Shown here in pieces: positions 9,327 to 17,690 of a stretch of 46,047 nt of DNA. The position numbers and the translations under genes are program-made. The notes under the pieces are model-generated. The model ran no database searches. It was not told the origin of the DNA and was given only the letters and a program-made list of their open reading frames with translations. This stretch comes from an uncultured bacterium. Its GTDB lineage: Bacteria > Patescibacteriota > Minisyncoccia > Minisyncoccales > JAQTVQ01. Each line of letters begins with the position of its first letter. Positions within the stretch are counted from its first letter, which is position 1. The stretch is from positions 1-46,047 of the forward strand of contig CAIMDX010000036.1 of the NCBI GenBank assembly GCA_903839905.1. Reading direction: 5' to 3'.

Positions 9327-10340
9327 ATGGCTCAAAAGAAAGACCAGGAAATTAAAAAAGGAGAAGTTGTTATCTATAAGTCCAAAAGCGGACCTTATTT
9401 GGATGTGCGTCTGGAGAAGGAAACGGTTTGGCTTACCCAAAAACAGATGGCCGGGCTTTTTGAAAAAGATGTCAGCACGATCAATGAGCATATTAAAAAT
9501 ATTTACAAAGAAGGGGAGCTGAAGAAGGGGGCAACTATCCGGAATTTCCGAATAGTTCAAAGGGAAGGAGGAAGGACTATTGAGAGGAAAGCGGATTTTT
9601 ATAATTTAGACGCAATCATCTCTGTCGGCTACCGCGTAAAATCTCCGAGCGGCACGCAATTCAGAATTTGGGCGACAAAAGTGTTAAGGAGCCATCTGCT
9701 TGAGGGCTATACTATCAATGAGCAGCGTTTATTGCAGGCAGAGAATAAATTTAGAAAGCTGCAGGAGGCTGTTTCTTTTTTACGGGAGAAATCGGAGAAT
9801 AAATTGCTTGCCGGCCAGGGGCGGGAAATATTAAATTTGCTTGCCGACTATTCCAAGACCCTTACTTTGCTTGATCAATACGACAAAGAAAAGTTAGCCT
9901 TGGTCAAAAAAGGGAAGGGTAAGTTTATTTTGGACTATTGGAAGGCAAGAGATGTAATCAGCGAAGTTAAAAGAGAGTTAATCCTTAAGAAGGAAGCAAG
10001 CGATCTTTTCGGCCAAGAGAACGGCGGCGGGTTGAAAGGTGCTATAGGAAGCATTTATCAGACATCCGGAGGCAATGAGCTTTATCCATCCTTGGAAGAA
10101 AAAGCCGCGCATCTTTTGTATTTTATAATTAAAGACCACCCTTTCGTGGACGGCAATAAACGCGCCGGCTCTTTTTTGTTTGTTTATTTTCTGGATAGAA
10201 ATAAAGGCCTTTATAAACGCAACGGCGAAAGGAAAATAAATGACAACGCTTTGACGGTCCTGTCTCTTTTGATCGCGGCGAGCGAGCGGAAGGAAAAAGA
10301 GAAAATGGTCAAAATCGTTACTAATTTGCTTGCGGCGTAA
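9327..10340 (+). CDS. RhuM-family protein fused to a Fic/Doc domain
   Basis: N-terminal RhuM block (VWLTQKQMAGLFEKDVSTINEHIKNIY...NLDAIISVGYRVKS..GTQFRIWATKVL). C-terminal HPFVDGNKRAGS has a Doc-type NKR rather than the Fic-type NGR. Confidence 0.85.
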   Translation: MAQKKDQEIKKGEVVIYKSKSGPYLDVRLEKETVWLTQKQMAGLFEKDVSTINEHIKNIYKEGELKKGATIRNFRIVQREGGRTIERKADFYNLDAIISVGYRVKSPSGTQFRIWATKVLRSHLLEGYTINEQRLLQAENKFRKLQEAVSFLREKSENKLLAGQGREILNLLADYSKTLTLLDQYDKEKLALVKKGKGKFILDYWKARDVISEVKRELILKKEASDLFGQENGGGLKGAIGSIYQTSGGNELYPSLEEKAAHLLYFIIKDHPFVDGNKRAGSFLFVYFLDRNKGLYKRNGERKINDNALTVLSLLIAASERKEKEKMVKIVTNLLAA

Positions 10341-10384
10341 ATTGAAGAATTAAGATTTTTTTTAAAATGCACCTTATTTGTTCT

Positions 10385-10414
10385 CGGGAGAGATCCCGTT
10401 TTTTTGTTAGAGCC
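10385..10414 (+). terminator. terminator cassette copy D (CGGGA-GAGA-TCCCG + T7 + GTTAGAGCC)
   Basis: Variant of the 7709 and 8376 hairpins, 45 nt after the RhuM/Doc stop. Confidence 0.65.
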
Positions 10415-10438
10415 ATCATGGACGCTAGAGCCGATGGC

Positions 10439-10447
10439 TGGTAAAAT
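10439..10447 (+). promoter_or_regulatory. extended -10 promoter element TGGTAAAAT (predicts leaderless mRNA)
   Basis: The hexamer ends 6 nt before the ATG at 10454. Confidence 0.45.
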
Positions 10448-10453
10448 TTGAAT

Positions 10454-11398
10454 ATGGAATCTTTCCGAGTTAACTTTTTTGCCAGCATATTCGCTATCCT
10501 ATTGTTTTTGGGTTTTGGCTACTATTATAGGGAAGATGCTGGCCGTCTTTTGCGGGAGTTTTTAATTCAATCACAACCCTGCCAAAGACCAATAACATAT
10601 TCTATCGCAAATCTTGATACGCGTTTCGGTTTGACAGAAGCAGAATTATTGAGTGATATAAAACAGGCTGAAAAAATATGGGAATCGTCAATTAACAAAC
10701 AGTTATTTGAGTATTCGCTTACGGGAGACTTAAAAATAAATCTTATCTATGACTATCGGCAGAAAGATATGGACTCGTTGAGGAAAATAGGAATAGTTGT
10801 TAATGACGACCGGTCTACTTACGATGCGTTAAAAGCCAAGTATGACTCGCTTATTGCTTCTTATAATAAAGAAAAAGCACAATTGGATAAATTGATTGCG
10901 ACCTATAGCGCAGACAAAAAGGCTCTTGAAAAAGAGACCAATTATTGGAATAGCCGCGGCGGAGCGCCGAAGACGGAATATAATATATTAGAACAGAAAA
11001 GGATTGATTTAAATAATCAAGTTACAGTAATTAATCAAGCCGAAAACTCTTTGAATGAATTAGTTGATACTATAAATTCAGCAGAGATAGTTCTTAATAA
11101 ATTGATTGTTATCCTTAACCTCAAAGTAAATGAATATAGCACGATCAGTTCGTCAACTAGTAAAAAATTCACTGAAGGAGAATATGTAAGAGATGCAAGC
11201 GGAACGGCAATTAATATTTTCCAATTTAACAATACTAATCAGCTTGTAAGGGTTTTTGCCCATGAGTTTGGACACGCGCTAGGAATTGGGCATCTTGATA
11301 ATCCTAAAGCCATTATGTACTACCTTAACGAAGGTCTAAATGAAAAATTGACAGCAGACGATCTCGCAGCTTTAAAAAAGGTATGCGGGATCAAGTAA
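10454..11398 (+). CDS. matrixin-like zinc metalloprotease, membrane-anchored, with long coiled-coil insertion
   Basis: HEFGHALGIGH (HExxHxxGxxH) plus Met-turn AIMYY. N-terminal TM. About 135 aa of heptad-like sequence lies between the N-terminal matrixin strands and the catalytic helix. Confidence 0.8.
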   Translation: MESFRVNFFASIFAILLFLGFGYYYREDAGRLLREFLIQSQPCQRPITYSIANLDTRFGLTEAELLSDIKQAEKIWESSINKQLFEYSLTGDLKINLIYDYRQKDMDSLRKIGIVVNDDRSTYDALKAKYDSLIASYNKEKAQLDKLIATYSADKKALEKETNYWNSRGGAPKTEYNILEQKRIDLNNQVTVINQAENSLNELVDTINSAEIVLNKLIVILNLKVNEYSTISSSTSKKFTEGEYVRDASGTAINIFQFNNTNQLVRVFAHEFGHALGIGHLDNPKAIMYYLNEGLNEKLTADDLAALKKVCGIK

Positions 11399-11417
11399 AT
11401 AGTGGTATAATTAATTT

Positions 11418-11705
11418 ATGGAATCATTAATAAAAGCGGATGTTTTCTTTTTTATATCTTCCGTGGCAACGGTCGTCTTAGCGATTTTGGCTTCCATTTT
11501 TTTATTTTATTTAATCAAAGCCGGCAAAAATCTCTATATGCTTTCGGAGGCGCTTAAGGGCGAGTTTAAGGAATCGGAAGAATTTATCGCGGAACTTAAG
11601 GAGCGATTGGAAAATAGCGTGATTTTTCGGTTATTTTTCCCTCTGTCGTGGAGAAGGCGGCGGGCTTCGGTAAAAAATGATAGTGTCAAAAAAAGTCATA
11701 AATAG
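11418..11705 (+). CDS. hypothetical small membrane protein
   Basis: One TM helix, then a charged helical segment. No family recognised. Confidence 0.5.
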   Translation: MESLIKADVFFFISSVATVVLAILASIFLFYLIKAGKNLYMLSEALKGEFKESEEFIAELKERLENSVIFRLFFPLSWRRRRASVKNDSVKKSHK

Positions 11706-11730
11706 CATTTAATAATTAATTTTTTAGACA

Positions 11731-12147
11731 ATGGAAAAGAAAACAACAAAGAGCGGTTCGGGCGCGGCGAAATTAGCTGTCCTCGGCGCGAGCCTTGCCG
11801 GGTTAGCAGCAACGGCCTATTTTTTTCTTGGGCCAAAAGGGAAAAGACATCAGAGGCATGCCAAGGCTTGGGCCATCAAAATGAAGGGTGATGTCGTGGA
11901 AAAACTTGAGATGGCCAGTGATGTCAGCGAGCCTGTCTATCACGAAATCATTGATTCCGTGGCCGCAGAATACAAGAAAGGTATGAAGGCCAGCCACGAA
12001 GAAATAAGCGCACTGGCGCAAGATTTGAAAAAACATTGGAAGACAATTAGCAAACCAGCGCAATCCGCGAAGCGTGATACGGTGAAAGGTGCGGGAAAAG
12101 CGACAAAAAGACGGAGAATGGCAAGCAAAAAAGTTCCGCGCGCTTAA
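11731..12147 (+). CDS. hypothetical protein, YtxH-like N-terminus
   Basis: AKLAVLGASLAGLAATAYFFLGPKGKRH resembles the YtxH-type glycine-zipper helix followed by a charged helical region. Confidence 0.5.
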   Translation: MEKKTTKSGSGAAKLAVLGASLAGLAATAYFFLGPKGKRHQRHAKAWAIKMKGDVVEKLEMASDVSEPVYHEIIDSVAAEYKKGMKASHEEISALAQDLKKHWKTISKPAQSAKRDTVKGAGKATKRRRMASKKVPRA

Positions 12148-12210
12148 AGAAAGAGGGCAATTTTTATTTTATGCGCACATAGGGATACAATAATAACTAA
12201 AGTTAAAACT

Positions 12211-12597
12211 ATGGCTGACGCAATTATTTTTCAAATTTTGGGGCTAGCTTATTCGGCCATCGGCCTTGGGATGTTGGCTAACCCTCGTTTTTATGAAGCG
12301 ATGATAAAAAAAATGATTGTTGATGAGGCAGTGCTCTTTTTGACAGGGCTCTTAGTTTTAGCTATTGGCTGCCTTTTGGTCGTTTATCACAATATCTGGA
12401 CCGGCGGCTGGACAATGATTATAACTATTTTTGGCTGGCTGGCGCTGTTAAAAGGATTGATGGTGGTAGTCCTTCCGGAAGAATCAATAAAGTTTTATAA
12501 TTCTATAAAGATTTCCAAGGGGCAGTTGGGTGTTTACGGGATGATTGTTTCTATTTTGGGAGTTGCTTTTGTTTATCTCGGTTACTTTATTTTATAA
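12211..12597 (+). CDS. hypothetical 4-TM membrane protein
   Basis: 128 aa and hydrophobic throughout. No family recognised. Confidence 0.55.
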   Translation: MADAIIFQILGLAYSAIGLGMLANPRFYEAMIKKMIVDEAVLFLTGLLVLAIGCLLVVYHNIWTGGWTMIITIFGWLALLKGLMVVVLPEESIKFYNSIKISKGQLGVYGMIVSILGVAFVYLGYFIL

Positions 12598-12672
12598 ATA
12601 TTTTTAAGAGTTAAAACTATTTTTAATAATAGACGAAGTTAACAAAAGATATTTTCCTTTGCCGGTGTTTTC

Positions 12673-12681
12673 TGTTATAAT
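12673..12681 (+). promoter_or_regulatory. extended -10 promoter TGTTATAAT
   Basis: Perfect TGnTATAAT, 35 nt upstream of the sORF ATG at 12716. Confidence 0.5.
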
Positions 12682-12715
12682 CAGAGAGTAATCAATTAAT
12701 TTATAAAATACATAT

Positions 12716-12838
12716 ATGGCAAAAAGAGCTGGAGCAGTGCTGGGCAAGCATAAAAAATCAAAATCCCACAAAACCAAAAAGAGGTTGGCAGCAAAGAAGG
12801 TTATGCTGGAAGCGAAGAAAACCAAGAAAAGAAAATAG
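12716..12838 (+). CDS. 40-aa Lys-rich small protein (not in ORF track)
   Basis: ATG..TAG frame encoding MAKRAGAVLGKHKKSKSHKTKKRLAAKKVMLEAKKTKKRK. It is bracketed by a consensus extended -10 and by a terminator at 12871-12895. Confidence 0.5.
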   Translation: MAKRAGAVLGKHKKSKSHKTKKRLAAKKVMLEAKKTKKRK

Positions 12839-12870
12839 GACATAGTTATGCCAGTGATGCGGAGCAAACA

Positions 12871-12895
12871 AAAATCGCCAAGAAGGCGATTTTTT
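12871..12895 (+). terminator. intrinsic terminator AAAATCGCC-AAGAA-GGCGATTTTTT
   Basis: 9-bp stem plus T6. It lies inside the tracked N-terminus (12848) of the next ORF, which argues for a later start for that gene. Confidence 0.65.
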
Positions 12896-12916
12896 GGTAG
12901 GATGAATAATATATTT

Positions 12917-13255
12917 ATGGAAATACAACCAGAAACAACTTGCCCATCATGCGGATCAGCAATTCCAGCTATTGCATATTTTTGTTCTAATTGCGGCAAG
13001 CCATTAAGAGATAAGCCGCCTGCCACAACATTATCTAGGCAAATTGTTGTATATCTTATCAGTTTATTTTTGCCGCCATTTGGATTTTGGTATGCATGGA
13101 AATATTTAAAGAGAGCCGATCATGAATCAAGAAAAATAGGCATCATTGCAGTGATTTTAACTATGATATCAATGCTGGTTTCTATTTGGGCCTTTGAAGG
13201 TTTTATTAATTCGGTTAGTCAGTCTCTTGATTTGATAAATAATTTTAACTTATAG
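12917..13255 (+). CDS. zinc-ribbon domain membrane protein
   Basis: CPSCG-x13-CSNCG zinc ribbon followed by two TM helices. Start placed after the terminator and a TGGTAGGAT element (12895-12903). ATG 12902 is an alternative. Confidence 0.6.
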   Translation: MEIQPETTCPSCGSAIPAIAYFCSNCGKPLRDKPPATTLSRQIVVYLISLFLPPFGFWYAWKYLKRADHESRKIGIIAVILTMISMLVSIWAFEGFINSVSQSLDLINNFNL

Positions 13256-13295
13256 CATCATCCGTTTTCCAGGGCAGAAAAATGGTTTTATTTAT

Positions 13296-14267
13296 ATGAG
13301 CATGTTAATTGATGATGTTAAGATTAAAGCAAAGGCCGGCCGGGGCGGCGATGGCGCGGTGGCTTTCAATAAAGAGATGATGGCTCTCGGCCCGACAGGC
13401 GCTAGCGGGGGAAATGGCGGTAGTATTTATTTTGAAGGAGTGTCGGATTTGGGCGCGCTCGGGCAGTTTCGTTATAAAAAAGAATTAGCGGCGCAAAACG
13501 GAGAAAAGGGGAAGAACCAGTTTAACGACGGGCCAAATGGCGATGACCTGATTTTAAAAGTGCCAATCGGCACGGTGGTGCATAATTTATCAATTGCCAA
13601 AGACGATGAGATTATTTCTGTCGGCCAGCGCCTATTGGCGGCAAAAGGCGGACAAGGGGGAAAGGGTAATTTTAAATTTAGATCATCAATTAATACAAGT
13701 CCAACTGAATTTCAGGAGGGGACACCGGGAGAGGAATTTGAATTAAGATTGGAACTTAAGCTGATTGCCGATGTTGGTTTTATCGGCCTGCCGAATGTCG
13801 GCAAGTCAAGTTTGTTGAATCAGCTGACCAATGCCAAAAGCAAAGTGGCCAATTATTCTTTTACAACTCTTGAGCCGAACCTCGGCGTTTATTATGAATT
13901 AATTTTAGCCGATATTCCCGGGCTTATTGAAGGAGCATCGGAGGGCAAAGGGCTGGGCGTTAAATTTTTACGCCATATTGAACGCACTAAGATTCTTTTT
14001 CATTTTATTTCCGTCCAGTCGGCCGAACCGGCCAAAGATTATCAGACCATTAGAAATGAGCTAGGCGCTTATAATAAAGAATTGCTTGATAAACCGGAAT
14101 ACATTTTTTTAAGCAAATCCGACTTACTGGATAAAGATGAAGTTGATAAAAAGCTGGACGAATTGAAAGCCATCGGCAAGGAGGCGATTGCAATTTCAAT
14201 AATAGACGATGCCAGCATCAGCAGAGTTGAAAAAATATTGAGGGAGATCATCAAGCAAAAATATTAA
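13296..14267 (+). CDS. obg: GTPase Obg/CgtA
   Basis: Gly-rich Obg fold (AGRGGDGAVAF, GGNGGSIYF, GGQGGKGN). G1 GLPNVGKSS, G3 DIPGLIEGA. Confidence 0.93.
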   Translation: MSMLIDDVKIKAKAGRGGDGAVAFNKEMMALGPTGASGGNGGSIYFEGVSDLGALGQFRYKKELAAQNGEKGKNQFNDGPNGDDLILKVPIGTVVHNLSIAKDDEIISVGQRLLAAKGGQGGKGNFKFRSSINTSPTEFQEGTPGEEFELRLELKLIADVGFIGLPNVGKSSLLNQLTNAKSKVANYSFTTLEPNLGVYYELILADIPGLIEGASEGKGLGVKFLRHIERTKILFHFISVQSAEPAKDYQTIRNELGAYNKELLDKPEYIFLSKSDLLDKDEVDKKLDELKAIGKEAIAISIIDDASISRVEKILREIIKQKY

Positions 14268-14413
14268 AGAGCGGCTCATTGTCCTTGGGCTCCGTCTATC
14301 TATAAATAGGAGCTAGATAGCCTGATTATTGCTTTGTTAAAATTGATTTTAGCTTTTAAAAGAGTAGACTTAAAAGAAAGACAGCTAGTCAAAATTTGGT
14401 CGTTAAATATTTA

Positions 14414-15755
14414 ATGCGTTTTATGTTTAATCGGCGGACAGTAGCTTATTATCTTCTTGAATTCACGATTATTGTTGCTGGCATTATCTCCGGAGTTTTT
14501 TTGGCGGTGCGGCAGGCGCAGGAGATAAAAGACGAATTGATCAAGATTGACAAAGTTTTAGCGTTGAGCGTTTCGGCGCAAGAGATTGAATCGTTGCAAG
14601 GTGATGCCAGCGATTTGCAAAATCCCAATTATATAAAACTGAAAACATTGCTTGCGCAGGCTGCCGAGATAGAAACAGAGGCAAGGTTTGTTTATATTTT
14701 CGGGCAGAAACCGGACGGAAGACTATTTTTTTATTTAGATAATGAGCCGGCAGATTCTCCCGATTATTCTCCTCCCGGCCAGATTTATGAACAAACAGTC
14801 CCGCAAGATTTTCAAATTTTTAAAGACGGACAGCCTCAAGTTTTTTCCAGCATTGATCAATGGGGCCGCTGGATTTCCATTGAAGTGCCGATTTTTGACG
14901 AGGCGAATAGCCGCGTTATTGCCAGTATGAATTTAGATATGTCCCAGCAACGCTATTACCAGCAGATTTTTTCCATTGGCGCGATACCTATATTAATATC
15001 AATTATATTCGTTTTATTGCTATTCAGCATTCGTCGTCTTTCTAAAAAAGAAGAGCAATTGGTTTACCAGCGGGCTACTTATCATTACAGCTCACGATTT
15101 GAAAACGCCGCTGACCGCCATTAAATGGATCGCCGAAGGGACCAGGGAATCGTTGCCGATGCCAGAGGATCAATTGAAGGAAAACCTTGAGAATATTTCT
15201 AAATCATCCCAAGAGATGTTTGCTTTCATTGACGATTTAACCAGCGCTTCTAAGGCTGACGCTGGTAAAATAATATCGGACAAAAAAGAAAAAATTAATA
15301 TTGGGGAGTTGACCAAAAAAGTGGTTGAAAATATGAGGTTGTTTGTAAAAGAAAAAAAGCTAACATTGGAATGTAATGTCGCTGCCGATATAAATGTGAT
15401 TGGCGATATGAATCCATTGCGCAGATCTTTAGCTAACTTGATTTCTAATGCTATAAAATATTCTTCGGAAGGCGGGCTTGTGCGGATTAATGTTCAAACA
15501 AAAGGCGGCAAAGCCATTTGGGAAATAAGCGATTACGGCATCGGTATTCCGAAAGAAGAGCAGGAGAAAGTTCTTTCTGGCTATTACCGGGCCAAGAATG
15601 CCAAGCGCAGCGCCATTCCCGGTACCGGCCTTGGCCTTTATTATGTTAAGAAGGTAGTTGAAGCGCACGATGGGAGTTTAATTATTTTTTCGGAAATAGA
15701 TAAGGGCACGAAGGCAACAATAGTTCTTCCGCTATCGGGAGACACAGAAGCATAA
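14414..15755 (+). pseudogene. sensor histidine kinase, reading frame broken before the H-box
   Basis: The upstream ORF (2 TM helices plus an extracytoplasmic domain) ends at 15124. The H-box ITAHDLKTPLTAI is in the +1 frame, open from 14997, and continues into the HATPase_c domain (N-box LISNAIKYS, G-boxes DYGIGIP and GTGLGL). Confidence 0.8.
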
Positions 15756-15877
15756 TTTAAGGCCGAAGCAAGATTAATTTTTTCCTATACTTCAGCATTT
15801 TAGATTGAATACTTGCCTTAATTTTGGTAGGATTGTAGCAGGCTTGTTCCCTGCATTGCAAAGAATAGAGCGCGATA

Positions 15878-16228
15878 ATGCTATTTATGAAAATTCCAAA
15901 ACATAAGATTTTGCTTGGCGTTTCACTCGCGATTATTTCGTTCCAAATTTATTTAGGGGTGTTGTTGGGTTATTTCGTTGCGGCCTTCGGGGCTGGCAAG
16001 CGGGCTGGCGAACAAGGCAAGATCAAATCGTTCGTGTTTGAAACAGGATCGTACAAATTCCATCTCCATCATTGGGTAATAGGAATAGGCATGCTTCCTT
16101 TGGCATTACATACTGACCTTTCATTCTTATCAAACAAATTTTTTTCAGGATTGGCAGGAGGGCTTGTCTTTCAAGGCATCACATGTTATTCCGATTGGCA
16201 TAAATTAATTGTTAAAAAGAAGCCATAG
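15878..16228 (+). CDS. hypothetical membrane protein
   Basis: 116 aa with 3 predicted TM helices. A TGGTAGGAT element at 15825-15833 lies upstream. Confidence 0.5.
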   Translation: MLFMKIPKHKILLGVSLAIISFQIYLGVLLGYFVAAFGAGKRAGEQGKIKSFVFETGSYKFHLHHWVIGIGMLPLALHTDLSFLSNKFFSGLAGGLVFQGITCYSDWHKLIVKKKP

Positions 16229-16270
16229 TCTTTCTATCCAGCAGGCTGATACAGGACAGGAAGAAAAAAT

Positions 16271-16371
16271 AAAAATCGCCCCCCACCACTTTGAGCTCGG
16301 TATTGTGCAAATAAGTTAATTTATTACTTATTGCACTATATTTAAGTACAAAGTGGTGAGGGGCGATTTTT
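16271..16371. terminator. 101-nt nested inverted repeat between convergent genes (bidirectional terminator candidate)
   Basis: Outer arms AAAAATCGCCCCCCACCACTTTG / CAAAGTGGTGAGGGGCGATTTTT (23 nt, 1 mismatch), flanked by A- and T-runs. Inner arms GTGCAAATAAGT / ACTTATTGCAC. Confidence 0.6.
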
Positions 16372-16394
16372 TTATTCATCTGTTGCGGAATCGG

Positions 16395-17477
16395 CTAGCG
16401 GCAATTTATATCAGTCAAACATCCTTGACCATCGTATCCAGTTTGTTCAAAATTAGGTTTATTGTCTTTCCGGCATTGCAAGTATTTGTTCAGAACAGTT
16501 TGATTTATTTGGCATGACGGATTTTGCATTTTGGAAATTTCTGCATTAGCCTTTTCAATCTCAGTTAAGCATTTATATTCTTTTATGCACCCTTGGCCAT
16601 CAATGGCGTTTTCAAATTGTCCTCCTTTAGAGATGCATGTGATTTTTTCCGTTTGCGACGGTTCGGCTACATAATTACAGACAACCGGCTTTAAACACTG
16701 GGAAACCCAGGCGATACCTGATTTTTCATTGGCAAAGCTTTTAAGGCTCCAGCTTGGGCCTTGTTCGTTTTGAAAAGCAAAAGAAACTATAAACGGCAAA
16801 GAAATGCCTCCTATTTCTTTCGCTACGCAGGCCGTAAAATAGCCGTCCATATTGGTTGTTTTGGCGATTACTTTAAATTTTTTGCAGGGGACCAAACCGC
16901 TGTTATCTTCTTCCAAGGGAATTACAGAGTAGCTGCCGGTGCTTTTGCCGGTTGAGACATCCTTTAAAACTATTGGATCTTTTGTTTCCCAATATTCCTT
17001 GGAATTGAAATTTTTTCCAGCATAAACAAATATCTCGTTTAGCATCAGGGGCAGGTTTGTTTCATTGTAAAAAGGAATAGCATCATCAAAAGCCAGGCTC
17101 GTTTCATTATTCCATTGGCTGGCAGCTGTTTGTCCGTTGTCAGAAAAAATAGAAAATTTGGCGTATTGGGACTGGGTGGGATTGTTATTATTTTGGACTT
17201 TCATTAATCCCAAATAAGCTTCGCGGTCGCCGCATGTTTTTTTGCTTTCTATATAATACGAGAAAGCATTGGCTCCGCCGGGGCCGAAATTGTTAATAGT
17301 ATAATCCAGGCGCAAGGGGCTTATAGCTTCTTCTTTTATTTCTGCTTTCTCTATTTCTTTTATCTGGCTCGGAGCCGGGCTTGTATTTTTTTTGTTTTGG
17401 GAATAAAAAAATAATCCCGAAATTGCCGCTATTGTGATAATTGCGGCTGCTATTAAAACTATTTTTTTCTGGTCCAT
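16395..17477 (-). CDS. hypothetical membrane-anchored extracytoplasmic protein with Cys-rich C-terminus
   Basis: N-terminal TM (IVLIAAAIITIAAISGLFFY). The C-terminal 100 aa carry 10 Cys and a duplicated DGQGC motif. Confidence 0.6.
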   Translation of the reverse strand: MDQKKIVLIAAAIITIAAISGLFFYSQNKKNTSPAPSQIKEIEKAEIKEEAISPLRLDYTINNFGPGGANAFSYYIESKKTCGDREAYLGLMKVQNNNNPTQSQYAKFSIFSDNGQTAASQWNNETSLAFDDAIPFYNETNLPLMLNEIFVYAGKNFNSKEYWETKDPIVLKDVSTGKSTGSYSVIPLEEDNSGLVPCKKFKVIAKTTNMDGYFTACVAKEIGGISLPFIVSFAFQNEQGPSWSLKSFANEKSGIAWVSQCLKPVVCNYVAEPSQTEKITCISKGGQFENAIDGQGCIKEYKCLTEIEKANAEISKMQNPSCQINQTVLNKYLQCRKDNKPNFEQTGYDGQGCLTDINCR

Positions 17478-17690
17478 TGGATATTTTTAATTTTATTTTT
17501 TATTAAGATCTTTATCACATTATATAGCACTATTGTCCGCGTACAATATATTTTTTATCCACTATATTTTTGCTAAGAGTTTAACATAATTGAAGAATTA
17601 GATAGGAAAGAGACGATTAAGGGCGCCTTATTATCCGTATTCAATGGCTGAAAGTTGATTTTTTGTTCAATTTGGTATTATTATTGAAAG

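Noticed and set aside
6921-11398. Genomic island integrated at tRNA-Asn (RhuM/Doc and peptidases lie downstream)
   Set aside because: There is no integrase or recombinase. By eye I saw no direct repeat of the tRNA 3' end. The essential engB sits in the middle, and composition does not shift noticeably.
12604-13026. 140-aa minus-strand ORF spanning the 12.6-13.0 kb gap
   Set aside because: Its Phe/Leu-rich part is the mirror image of the Lys-rich plus-strand sORF. It also runs antisense through a plus-strand promoter, a terminator and the zinc-ribbon gene start.
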